Of a stretch of 64,000 nucleotides of DNA, positions 50,546 to 62,190 are shown one piece after another (the first letter of the stretch is position 1; every line of letters starts with the position of its first letter). The stretch lies in assembly GCA_053919585.1 (NCBI GenBank), contig CM132788.1, one strand, 5' to 3'. The stretch comes from Euprymna scolopes. Taxonomy: Eukaryota. The translations under genes were made by a program, and so were the position numbers. The notes beneath the pieces were generated by a model. The model ran no database searches. It worked only from the letters and a program-made list of their open reading frames with translations, and was not told the DNA's origin.

Positions 50546-51859
50546 AAAGCTTAAAAGTAAACTAACTTAGTCCAATCTTATTAAGAATTAATCTCATCTC
50601 TGTCAATGCAACTCTAGCTTTTAAAAATGTATAATGAAATAAGAGTAAGTTTATGATAATTTTTAACGCTTATATTTAAATATTCATAGATAACTTTTTT
50701 ATGCATTTTTTAAATAAGTGTATACAAATTACAGAGTCGATTTTATCAATAGATAAGTCGATGTGACATAGTAATATTTTATACAGATAAAATGATCTTA
50801 GAATAAAAGTACCGTCAACTCGCCAGAATTGAATTATATGGAGGATTGTGAGTACTATGGCCGACTATTAGATGTATTAACAAAAATGAATATAACCTGC
50901 AAACGTTTGGCTTGCTTTTCTTTTTTACGGCGTATGACGTGTTATCAAACATCATTAATTCGTTCGTTTTATTAACCTTTTCATGGTTTAAGATTTTATA
51001 TCTTCGAATATTTATTGGTTGGGTTTTTGTAAAGAAACATGTTGTTTTGGTTTTTGGTTTTGCAGAACATGATTTTATTTCCGAAAGAAAAACAAAAATA
51101 TTACATCAATTGCAAACAGCAGATAATAATCCATTGTGTGGATGTGTCGTGAGAAAGTTGTTATCTTCAGAACACATCGGCTGCATGCATCAGGGAATCA
51201 ACAACTTTGACCGTATACAATCCTATACATAAAATGACCCGAGGATATAATTTAAGTTGGTACTTAGAATAATGGTTAGATATGAAAACCACGTGTTCGT
51301 TAAAAGATTGTGCAATTGGGCTAGAAAATAAAAATAAAATATTGCACTTAAAATACTGAATTTCAAATGTGAATAAAATAATGTGATGGATGGTGACCAT
51401 CTTATATAGCGGTATGTATTGCCAAGGCTGAATGATGGTTAAAAAGTCGTAAGTCGATATCAACTTAGAGGAGCTATTACTATTAGATGGCATACTAAAC
51501 CACGAATAAAATTGGACAGTTTTAATATATAATAACGAATAACGATTGTATAAATGTAAACAAAGAAAAGAAAAACACAGAGAAATGGCATATCAGTTTC
51601 AAGTTGAACACTCAAATCGGCGTTGACCTCCTAGAAATTTTCAGCCGACAGATTATCCTCTCTTTCAATTTTCCGAAACCTAAAGTAAACCTTCTCAAGT
51701 CTAAATTATATGATCAAGATTTCCGATCACGAATGTACCACTATTTTTAGGATGACCCGACTGACAACAAATAAGAAGAGTAAATGTGCTTACAACCGAT
51801 TTAAGTTCGGCTTCACAGACAATATAAAAACGGAAACAAAACCTGAGTTGAATAAATAA

Positions 51860-51907
<48 letters not shown>

Positions 51908-53671
51908 ATGTGTGTATGTATGTGTATATATGTGCATATATATATAAGTAAAAAAAATCTAATAAAAACGTAAGTATAAAATGAAATTACAAAAGAAAAT
52001 GTTGCTATTTATTCCAAAGTTGGTTAAAGAATTAAAATAGTGTTTCGATACCTGTTTCTAAATACCAAGATAACGTTCGCTAGAAAGAATGCATTTATAT
52101 GAAAACTTTTGCGGATTCGTGTACATGGATTATTCTAAATGAGGTGCATACATAAACTATTGCACTTGGAATTATATAACTGAGTCCAAGTGCAAACTTA
52201 ATATTATTTTAATTAGACTAATTTTCTTTAACGATATTTTGTAATGTTTGATATTATTTATTTTACGTGTGGTCTCATGTTTTTATATATGTAAGAAATA
52301 ATTCCGTATACATTTTCATTCATGAATAAAAGATATTTAATGAAAAACATCAGATAAATGATCAACAGATTGTCTTAATTTTAATTACCAGTAATAGATT
52401 CGAGTCATAGACGATAAGAAAAACATGACAGGGTGAAAAGGTAAATGACCGACTTGCTATATCGCCGATTTCTCTCTCGCCTAATTTTTATAGCTTGTAT
52501 ATTTATTCCTGATTAAATTGCATTGTACATTTCCATTAGCTAAATAATTATGTTGCTTGCTGACGCTTAATAATTAATACATTTCAAAATGAATTATTAT
52601 TCTCGGTGACATATGAAAGCAGCAGTTCAGTAGCACTGATTTGTCTGTTCAAAGTCGAAAAACAAAATAGATTTTTAGCATATTTTTTGATTCACATTAT
52701 CTGAAAATGACCCATCTCTTAGAGAAAAAAATATATTTTATATTTTAGGCGATTATTGTCAGGTCAGTATTGGGTTTTAGGACAGTAAACTTGATTTCTC
52801 TGCTGCAATTGTTGAGCTTTTTAATTTTAATTACTTGTATTTATTGACCGTGTTTATTTTTAACTACTTTTTACGACATTACATGAAATTTTCTTATCTT
52901 TCTTGCGAAGACTTTGGGTTTGTGGTAAAAACAAAATCTGAGTAAAATTTCCCTTAAATCTTTTGCCGCTGAATGTTTTCTTTTATTAAATTTATATAAG
53001 TGCATTAAACCCAACTAAATATAAATAATTTTATACATATTACCGCAATCTAAACTTACATTAAAGTGAAAGATGTTAAAAGAGCAGCGCATTGCGTATC
53101 CTGAGTCAATGTCATTACTTAGTTTCTGTAAATATGCACATTTCCTAATTGCTTCTGAGTTATAAATGAAGGACAGGGACAACATAACAGAACCGTTCCC
53201 GACTGTTTATACGCGACCATCATCTTGTTTATATAAAACAAAACTTGCATTACTTCATGCGTAGATATATTTCTAAGAGCTAGGCAAGCACGAATAGAAA
53301 AGGAAAATATTATGGAGTTTATCTAAAAGATAAACATAACGATAAATAGTGTGTCAGATAGCTGTCAATCGGAGTCAGTAGTAAAATAAAAGTTGCACGT
53401 GCTAAAGCATTGCTACATCGGTTAGAAAGTCAGTTAGTTATCTAACACTGCATAGGTAGTAGGTAGGACAAAAATACGTCCAATTAAAAAAAGGTGGATA
53501 GATACGTCCAATAGATTAAAGATAAGAACTTTGTATAAATGAACGCGGTAATGATAATAGATGTATAGTTAGTAAATAATTAGAAAATCTGATAGGGTAG
53601 ATAATTAATGTATTTAATATAATTACTGATGGGAAAATATTATTATAAAATATCAATGTTTATGCAATAAA

Positions 53672-53732
<61 letters not shown>

Positions 53733-54451
53733 CAGTATTATAGCTGGTGAAGCAAAATATAAATATCCTATCTAATTNNNNNNNNNNNNNNNNNNNNNNN
53801 NNNNNNNNNNNNNNNNNNNNNNNNNNNNNNNNNNNNNNNNNNNNNNNNNNNNNNNNNNNNNNNNNNNNNNNNNNNNNNNNNNNNNNNNNNNNNNNNNNNN
53901 NNNNNNNNNNNNNNNNNNNNNNNNNNNNNNNNNNNNNNNNNNNNNNNNNNNNNNNNTATTATTCTTATTACTGGTGGTATACAGGAGACATAACTATCAT
54001 TTTATTTTTATTAGTAATGGGATAAAGGATTAAAACTAGTATCAGTATTATTATTAGTGGGATAAATGAAAAAAACCTTTACGACTAATAGAATAAAGGG
54101 TGATTAACTATGATTATTGCTGATTGAGTATGAGATAACACAAAAGTAGGATTACATGCATTTTACTAATGGCAGAAGGGATAAGTAACCAATATTATCG
54201 TTGATACTAAATGTTACTAGTAGAAAATATATATGCATATTTTAATAACAATCATTACTGATGGAGTAAAAGAAAATAACTATTATTAATATTATTATTA
54301 CTAATTAAGTAAAGGTAAATAATTAATATTTCATATCATAATTAATAATGGGGTAAATGGTAAATATAGTGTTGTTATTTTTATTAGCAATAATGCAGTA
54401 AAGTCATAGTGAATTGCTACAGTAAGAGCGTTTTTAATGACACGTGCTTCA

Positions 54452-54521
<70 letters not shown>

Positions 54522-54544
54522 TTTCTCTTTGAGGGGTAAAAAAA

Positions 54545-57478
54545 TTATATAATGGAATCATTAATGAAAGACTATAATTCCTAATTAAAAATGAGTAAAA
54601 TAAAGTCAATGTTAGAAATAAAGATAACAGGGTGCAGACAAGAAAATAAAAAAAAAGAATGGAGTACTCAACTGACCTGTTTTACCCTCGCTTTTTTTTC
54701 AAAGCTGTATTGAGGGATTTGTTTTTGAGAAAAAAACACGAATGGAAATCGAAAATATGTACAAATAAAATCATGTTCCGTTACGTTATGTATGGGAGGG
54801 AAATGGAGGAAAACGATTGAAATACAGAAACTTTATATTACTCGAAGATCATAGAGATTAATAACGCTCAAACACAAGAGGCATTGTTTCTGCTTAAAAG
54901 GGAAAGATCCTTTCAACTGAACGTGTACAGAATCCAAGATCTTTAAATGAAATAATGAGTGGGCTCGACGTAGGATTGAAAAACATTCGTTTTAAGATCG
55001 CTGCACAAGACGGGGTTTTATATGGTGGTCAGTAATTGAAGACCCGCATGTATTTGGCAATTACGTCTGTTGTTTGCTGTCACATTTTTTACTTTGTTAG
55101 GTACGCGTTTTATACACTTTCATCCGGTCATAATGTTGTTCGACACACGTAGTTGGCACTGCAACTACATTCAAAATTGTAAATTACATTATTATTATGA
55201 TGGGAGGGTAGAACACCTTTTCAAGAGGAGGTTATTTCCGTTATCGTAGAGAAAACGACACGTACATTTGAAGAAAATAACAATTTTGCACTGTAAAGCG
55301 GATTTGCTTTGCAAATTTCTCACTTACTGCCCCCAGTTAAGGCAAACGTCGATATACTGGTCATTTATTAACCATTTGAGTGTTAGTTATAGAAGACTCT
55401 GCTATTTTCATTTGTGTAACTGACCTAATCACATCCAAAGAGTACCCATTTTTGAGAGGATATCAGTAATTATTTTTAATTCCTAATCAATTTTAAATTT
55501 GAGTAGATCATAAGAGTGTTTTATGGTCCAAATTTTAGTTATCTTACGTTTCGGGAGCAAAATGAATCCCTGCGTGTATACAGACCCGTAAATGTAAGTA
55601 TATTGTATGCTGGGGTAATGTAACTGGATGGTGATGTCGTTACTAATACACTGAGGAAAGCTATGGATAATTTAGACTCTCGTGCATAACTATAGTGTAA
55701 CATAGAATATTTTTTTTATTAAGTAAGGAGAAAAAAGTATTTGCATCTATTCGGTTATTGAAGAGGCAAAATGTGTCGTCCACACAGAGAAAAGAGACTA
55801 AATGTTTCATATGGCCAGAGAGTAATTGCTCTTCATCGAAACCCACGAAAATATTTACCATTATCGCGCCCAAAACTGAGTGCATCGACACACCTTCTAT
55901 TTGCCGATAGATTATATCGTTGAAACTGAATTCAACATATGTAGCGGCACATTTCATCAGCTCAACGAATATACTTTCAGAATAGGAGGAGGCTATATCT
56001 GACTACGCTAGAGAAAATCTGTACAGATATCTATCGTCTCTGAAATCAGTAAGTAAACAGGTTGCTAATGCCATAAGAACACACATTTATTAACAAACTT
56101 AGACCTTTCAATAAAGTCTGCAAATTGAAATCAATCTTTCAAGCAGTATTTAATGAAATATTTTGATACCGATTACAAAATACTTAATATCCATTTTGCA
56201 AATTTATGCTGTGATGACCCTGACATAGATAAATGGGCCTTAAGGGAATACCTACTTTTTAGTTTTCGGTAAACCATATAATCTGTGGTGGACCGAATCT
56301 GAGGGTCTAATCTCATTAGCTGTGCTCGATGGAAGTACACCACTCTTAAACCACCTGACTAATTTCTTTTGAAATGTAGTTTCTAAAGAGGTTTTACGAT
56401 CATGAGTTGCGACAGGGCCCATTTTTATATATTTTTCCGTGTCGTTCAATTTGGTAGACGTTTTGTTGAAATAATCATGATACTCTAGTATTAAAAACCC
56501 TGGACCTTTATCTCCTCTAGTAATAACTAACGATTTATTTTTCTATAGAATTTAAATAACTGCATAATGCTCTTTGCGCTATTTCAACTCTGAATAGGAA
56601 ATTAGTGTACTTGCATAGCAATGGGGCAGGTCGTATAATCTTGCTTTTACAACCCTATACTGAAATTTCAGGGCCTGGTGAAAGTTTCTCTGCTTTGACA
56701 TTGAGGATTTCACATTTGAAAATACCCCTTCCCGTTTAACACCATCTAATTGAATACAAAATCTAAATTAGGATCAAGTAGTATTAGTGCAGAGGGAGAT
56801 GAATGATGGGAAGATAGATTTAAGACGCTCTTGCAAATATTGGGTGTGGTTGGATATCCACATTTTTGTATATTAAATGTTGCAATTTACTGTTAAAATT
56901 TAATAACTAGTTTGTTATGACCACTTTCTTTTAAAATTGTAATATACTTTGCGAACCAAATTTTATCAAAGCACGATAAAATTATCACCGTGTCACTCCA
57001 TATTTGTACATATTTCTCTTTATATCTTTCTAAATTTGCCGTTAATTTATCCGTATAATTTTGAATAAAAGTATTTTCAGTTTTGTGTCTTGGGTTTTAC
57101 CTCGCCGTTTTTATTTCAAACAAAATAAACGGAGAACATACATTATTATTTACACAAGAATATAGGAATGTTATATATTCTTGTGTTGATCTTATTTAGC
57201 TTTAAATATGTAGAATAGAGTGTTTTCGCCTATAGATAACATAACGCAACGTGATTTCATTTGTACATATTTCTGATTCCCATTCGTGTTTTTTTTCGCT
57301 CCAAAACCAATCCCTTGATACAGTTTTGATAAAGCGAGGGCGAAACCGGTCAGCTGACTTCCCTATCTTTTTTAATTTTCTTCTCTTCACCCCGTAAACT
57401 TTATTTTAACAGTTGACTTAACTTTAAACATTTTTAATCATGAATTGAAATCTTTCTGTCATGATTGCGTTAAATCTA
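54545..57478 (-). mobile_element. Near full-length decayed Penelope-like element with inverted pseudo-LTRs
   Basis: Minus strand: RLYGLPK (ORF 56252-56449), FSFNDIIYRQIEGVSMHSVLGAIMVNIFVG..CVDDTF (RT, ORF 55661-55957) and NNVIYNFECSCSANYVCRT (GIY-YIG, ~55130-55215). ~54545-54890 and ~57180-57478 are inverted copies of each other. The element is bounded by microsatellites. Confidence 0.88.
57321..57356 (+). ncRNA. Minimal type-I hammerhead ribozyme with U3:A8 core variant, in the inverted pLTR
   Basis: cagtt-TTGATAA-a-gc-gagg-gc-GAAA-ccgg-TC-agctg. 5 bp stem I (one G-U), 2 bp stem II, palindromic ccgg stem III, GUC triplet. A decayed mirror copy is at 54669-54707 (-). Confidence 0.7.
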
Positions 57479-59353
57479 TATACATATACACACATATATA
57501 CACACACACATATACCACTATGTATATATATATAATTAAAAAAACTGCAACATCACTTCAAATTATCGGATATGTAGTCATGTCTAAATGCATTTCATTT
57601 TCTTTTAAACGATTGATAGTTGCTATTTCTTCTGGGTAGTTAAAAGCAGAATAGATTCATTGATATTTATCGGAAGTAGATGCTCGATTTTGTGCTACGA
57701 AACATTTGCTGTCCAAAATTGTGAATGCCAGCATAATTACAGGAAAACATAGTACGATTGTGAACATCATAACATTTGGATTATAAACTTTTGTCGTCAT
57801 GTATTTGTTATACGTTCTGTAATTAAATTGAACTTAGTAAAGTGAACTTAGTGTGTATATAGTGTCTGTTGAATAGGGTATTAAGATGCACTTGATTATT
57901 CAATCGTTAAAACAATATAACTGTTTGAGTTAAATACTGTGTAATAATTAAATGCACGTTAAGGTTATTATGAAAAAAGATAATGTCATATATAGTATTC
58001 ACATGTGAACAGTAAACATAATGTTAATATCCCATATTCAACAAATAAATATAAAACTTAAGGAGGGAATGAAAAACATATTCCTAGTTTAATAGAACAG
58101 GAACGTCGTAGTAACGAAGCTAGATCCGACTGACACCCCAGAATAGCTATGTAGTTGGAAAGAAAGCAACTCATTCTCTTTGGGATTTGGATCAGTGTAG
58201 TTCGTGATATTTCTCATGTTATCTTCACGGAGGCAGTAACAGACACAAATATGCAACATTACAATGCTGCACTACAATAACATATCGGAGTGCATGAATT
58301 ATGCAGGAACACGTGCTTTCTATGATAGTATAAACAATCTATTTCCTGTCACATCATCACTGAAGCTAAAAGACGACGACCACTACCTTGTTTAGTCAAA
58401 ACATTGAACTACTAACTAACCGTGTAGAGCGAAGTAAACTTTAGTAGAAGTAGTTGATTATATGTTGCAAATAGCTTATTTGGTGTTTCAGATGCAAACA
58501 CACCAGTTCCATTATAATATGATATAATGTACTTGTCGAATAAATCTTATTATTTTTCAGATACGAGCTACAATGCTTTACTTTTTATAATACATGACCG
58601 ATCTGACGCCTTTCTTTGTATCAACCGATTTGATGTAATTACGAATCATTTAGAAGGTATAATTCAATAAATCTTCTAAATATGAATAACAATGAGGAAT
58701 TATTAACAATGAAACGATATGTAAATAGATATGTTTAGTGCACATATTTCTAAAGGAGAGCCATATACTTACCAGTTGTCTGTTTGCAAAAATAGCGCTT
58801 ACACTAATTATATTGTAGATCTATGCATGAGGCCGCGAATTCAATAAAGGTAGATTTGTCGAATTCCTTCCAATACTTATTCTATTAACGGTCGCGTAAT
58901 TGCGATGCCACTTTTTGCGAAAATGAACGTTGTCAGCAGTTCAAGTAGTATAACTTTTAGATAAATACATTTGCAACTTCAACCTTCTAACTTATAGATT
59001 GATCTGGAATTTAATTTGTTATGGGAGCATAATCTATGGGAATTTTTTAAAGCCCATGCTGACGACCGGCTCTGGCTTATTCAATTGCTAAGACGATTAT
59101 ATACAGTAAAAGTCGGTGTCGCTTTTTTCGTGCGTCATGGGCAATTACAGTAGCAGATAGACACTTGCGAGTCTGCAATTATACGCTATAATTGCCTGCT
59201 TATTTTTAATACTTCCAAGAGGAGTAATAAACTTAGCGCAGTAATCTATGTAAATTAATCATAACCTAATCGGTAAATGGACACGAGTTGTCATGGTGCA
59301 TCATATACTAGGCACGTAGACATTATATGACAAAATCCAACTAGAAAATTAGG

Positions 59354-59584
59354 ACTGTCGGCAAATTGCATTGCATTGATCAGACTGACTACGTCAAACA
59401 TGCCTGCTGTCAGTCCATATATTTGTGATTGTTAGTTTGTTGAATATAAAAATCACACACACACTATTTAGGTACAAGGAAACGGAGGAAAGGGTTTCCT
59501 TCTCAATATTACCGTCACTTGTAAAACTTTGTCGTATATAATCTATTATTTGTGGGCATCGATAGAATTGCAATCGCCGACAGT
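59354..59584. mobile_element. Small MITE-like element (~230 bp) with imperfect ~27 bp TIRs
   Basis: actgtcggcaaattgcattgcattgat versus the reverse complement of the right end, actgtcggcgattgcaattctatcgat. TSD is unclear. Confidence 0.55.
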
Positions 59585-59736
59585 TTAAATGCGAATTTTT
59601 TTTCTGAAAAGTTTAAAATAGAATTTTACCAGAAGAGCAGAAACGAATAAACGTCTAGATTTTTAAGTTTATTTTTTCGAAATGCTTTCACTCTCTTTCT
59701 ATATCTATGCCTCCTCTCCTCCTGCCTCCTCTGTTA

Positions 59737-59737
<1 letters not shown>

Positions 59738-59809
<72 letters not shown>
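59738..59809. repeat. (TA)n microsatellite
   Basis: Direct reading. Further (TA)n tracts occur near 1598, 12277, 21769, 32805, 33274, 33769, 37521, 43554, 43913, 44536, 51863, 53675, 54455 and 60514. Confidence 0.95.
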
Positions 59810-59810
<1 letters not shown>

Positions 59811-60510
59811 TCTTGGGAAAACGTATAAGAAATGAAATATCATATGTCCACATTGCTGTCTAAACAACTATACGCAAGTTGCTATTAGGTTCGTGCAAAA
59901 ATAATATATATGGTAAAATATCTATCCATGCATATACCTATGTATTAACCTAATTAATAAGTTGCACTATGTTTATTAATTTAATAAAAATTTTCATCAT
60001 ATGTAAGCAACAATGCTCACTGGCGTTTCCTGATAATTCTATTGTCTTTATATTTTGTCTAAACTTACTTCCAATCTGATCCAAAAATAAGAAACATAAA
60101 GTGCAGAGTTTGCATCCCTTTTTTCGGTCAATTATGTGAGGAATTTCTCACCTTAAGATAGAATGTTACATCCGCCGAAGCGTTGTGTAGATTGCAATTA
60201 AGATGAGAACATCTAATAAAACTATATGATTTTTGCGTTAATTTTTCTTCTCGTATTTCTTGTTTCTCTCATAATTCACGCTTATTCTATACATGTTTTA
60301 TTGTTTAATTCTCATATTTACAATTGATTATGCCGTACCCTAGCATAACTCAGTATATTTTCCTAAACATGTCTACCTCCTGCTTATTTAAGAATTATTG
60401 ACTTTTAGTGAATTTAATATTATTTAGAATTAAATGTTAAAGCATTATATTAGACTTACTCAATTTTAACTGACCTTTTCGCTGTATTGATACGAAGCGA
60501 TTTTGCCAAT

Positions 60511-60566
<56 letters not shown>

Positions 60567-61039
60567 TATATACCCACATATATATATATATATATATGCA
60601 TATAATTAAGTAAATCTTTCATTTAGTAATACACAAACACAGAAGGGCTATGTGCATTCAATAGTTTTACATCTCGTGCTAATCTTGGTTTTCTCTAAGA
60701 TTTTAAATGATTTCCTTCAACATCGGAAATACATATACTTTCGAGAGCAGTAACTTTCTCAAACTGTTAATATTTACATGTGGGAATGATATTATTAATA
60801 TTTTATACTCTTACTAATCCAGTAAACACCTTGAACCTTGATAAATCTGACACATTGTTCACAATTGTGCTGCCCATATTTACTTTCTTTTCCTGTTCAT
60901 TAAACATTGGCCTGGTAAGGCTTCTTCACCTAAACACTCTTTCAGAAAACATTATTTAGTTGAATGTGATTCATTATTAACCTAGGGTTTTCGTATTTAA
61001 CATATGCTGAATGATTACAAAAAACATAGTATATATATA

Positions 61040-61532
61040 TGATGATTGCAACGTCTTGTCAGACGAGTGCCACTCCCTCAGACATTTAAAATCCATGAGC
61101 CCAAAATGCCTGAGGGAGTATCTATACAAATATGATCTTACAGAGTCTTAGCTTTTTACGACAGCTAAGTCTCTCTCTCAGTTCAAAATGTTGAGATCCA
61201 GCAACAAGCAAGAGCAAGATAGCCAGCAACAAATTCTTCTGCTTTGTGGTTTTTTAGATCAAAGATTTGCTTCTCCTAGAAAGGTTGCCTTCACTACGGC
61301 TTACGGGAGCCCTCTCCACCCCAATACACATACGCACACACAAATATACACGGTGCTAGTTGGCCGTTGACCCAGAAAAAGAGTTCATTCGCCCTTTGGA
61401 AGGTCTTGTTTTTAATCCTTCAGGGAGATTAGCCACTCTCCTCACCAAACCAGTCTGATGGAGAAACCAGTTTAGTCGCCGGTGACCCGACCATGAGGCA
61501 GGTAGTACTGGGTTACATGGTGCCAGTAGCAC
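61040..61532 (-). mobile_element. RTE-like retrotransposon 5' UTR or RTE-related non-autonomous element (5' end in N-run)
   Basis: The minus strand has ggcaacctttctaggagaagcaaatctttgatctaaaaaacc, resembling a motif I recall from RTE-clade 5' UTRs. It is GC-richer than background, carries a 16 bp hairpin at 61072-61119 and has an HDV-like motif at its 5' end. Confidence 0.5.
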
Positions 61533-62142
61533 NNNNNNNNNNNNNNNNNNNNNNNNNNNNNNNNNNNNNNNNNNNNNNNNNNNNNNNNNNNNNNNNNNNN
61601 NNNNNNNNNNNNNNNNNNNNNNNNNNNNNNNNNNNNNNNNNNNNNNNNNNNNNNNNNNNNNGGTAGACGGTATAAATAAATTATACAGCGTATGTTATAT
61701 CAGAAAATTTAAGCCAAAGCGTTTGCCTTAAATTTTCCAATGGCATTGTCTTGATACCTTATTTGTCCCGTCTGTAGAAACAGTCTTGTAATGATTTAAG
61801 CAAATACTTCCGAGATTGGAATCAGAACAACATATTTAGCTCTACCAACGTATGTAAAACTTTTCCCTGNNNNNNNNNNNNNNNNNNNNNNNNNNNNNNN
61901 NNNNNNNNNNNNNNNNNNNNNNNNNNNNNNNNNNNNNNNNNNNNNNNNNNNNNNNNNNNNNNNNNNNNNNNNNNNNNNNNNNNNNNNNNNNNNNNNNNNN
62001 NNNNNNNNNNNNNNNNNNGGTAGGGAAACCAATGAAATATAACGAGGTAAACACAAGAGTGCTCAATGCGGAAGTAGTGCAAGCTGCATTTTCAATTTGT
62101 CTTTACATAAGCAGTTATTTGTTGATACACAGTCATGAGCAT

Positions 62143-62190
62143 GTTTTGGTATTCTAGTATTTAGTAACTAGAGACCTCTTCAGGCAAAAC
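62143..62190 (-). ncRNA. Degenerate minimal hammerhead motif (G12 lost)
   Basis: Minus strand: gttttgc-CTGAAGA-ggt-ctctagtt-ac-TAAA-tactagaa-TA-ccaaaac. Stem I is 6/7 bp and stem III is one substitution from the palindrome tactagta. Confidence 0.5.

Larger units (their letters stand above)
1727..62018. other. Twelve N-runs (gaps or hard-masked repeats): 1727-1868, 2348-2624, 14100-14248, 19536-19753, 20854-21110, 22415-22587, 30384-30607, 31932-32230, 38599-38728, 53778-53956, 61533-61661, 61870-62018
   Basis: Direct reading. Confidence 0.98.

Noticed and set aside
50912-51493. Opposite-strand 106-108 aa ORFs as a possible host exon
   Set aside because: No recognisable homology or motif; compositional chance cannot be excluded.
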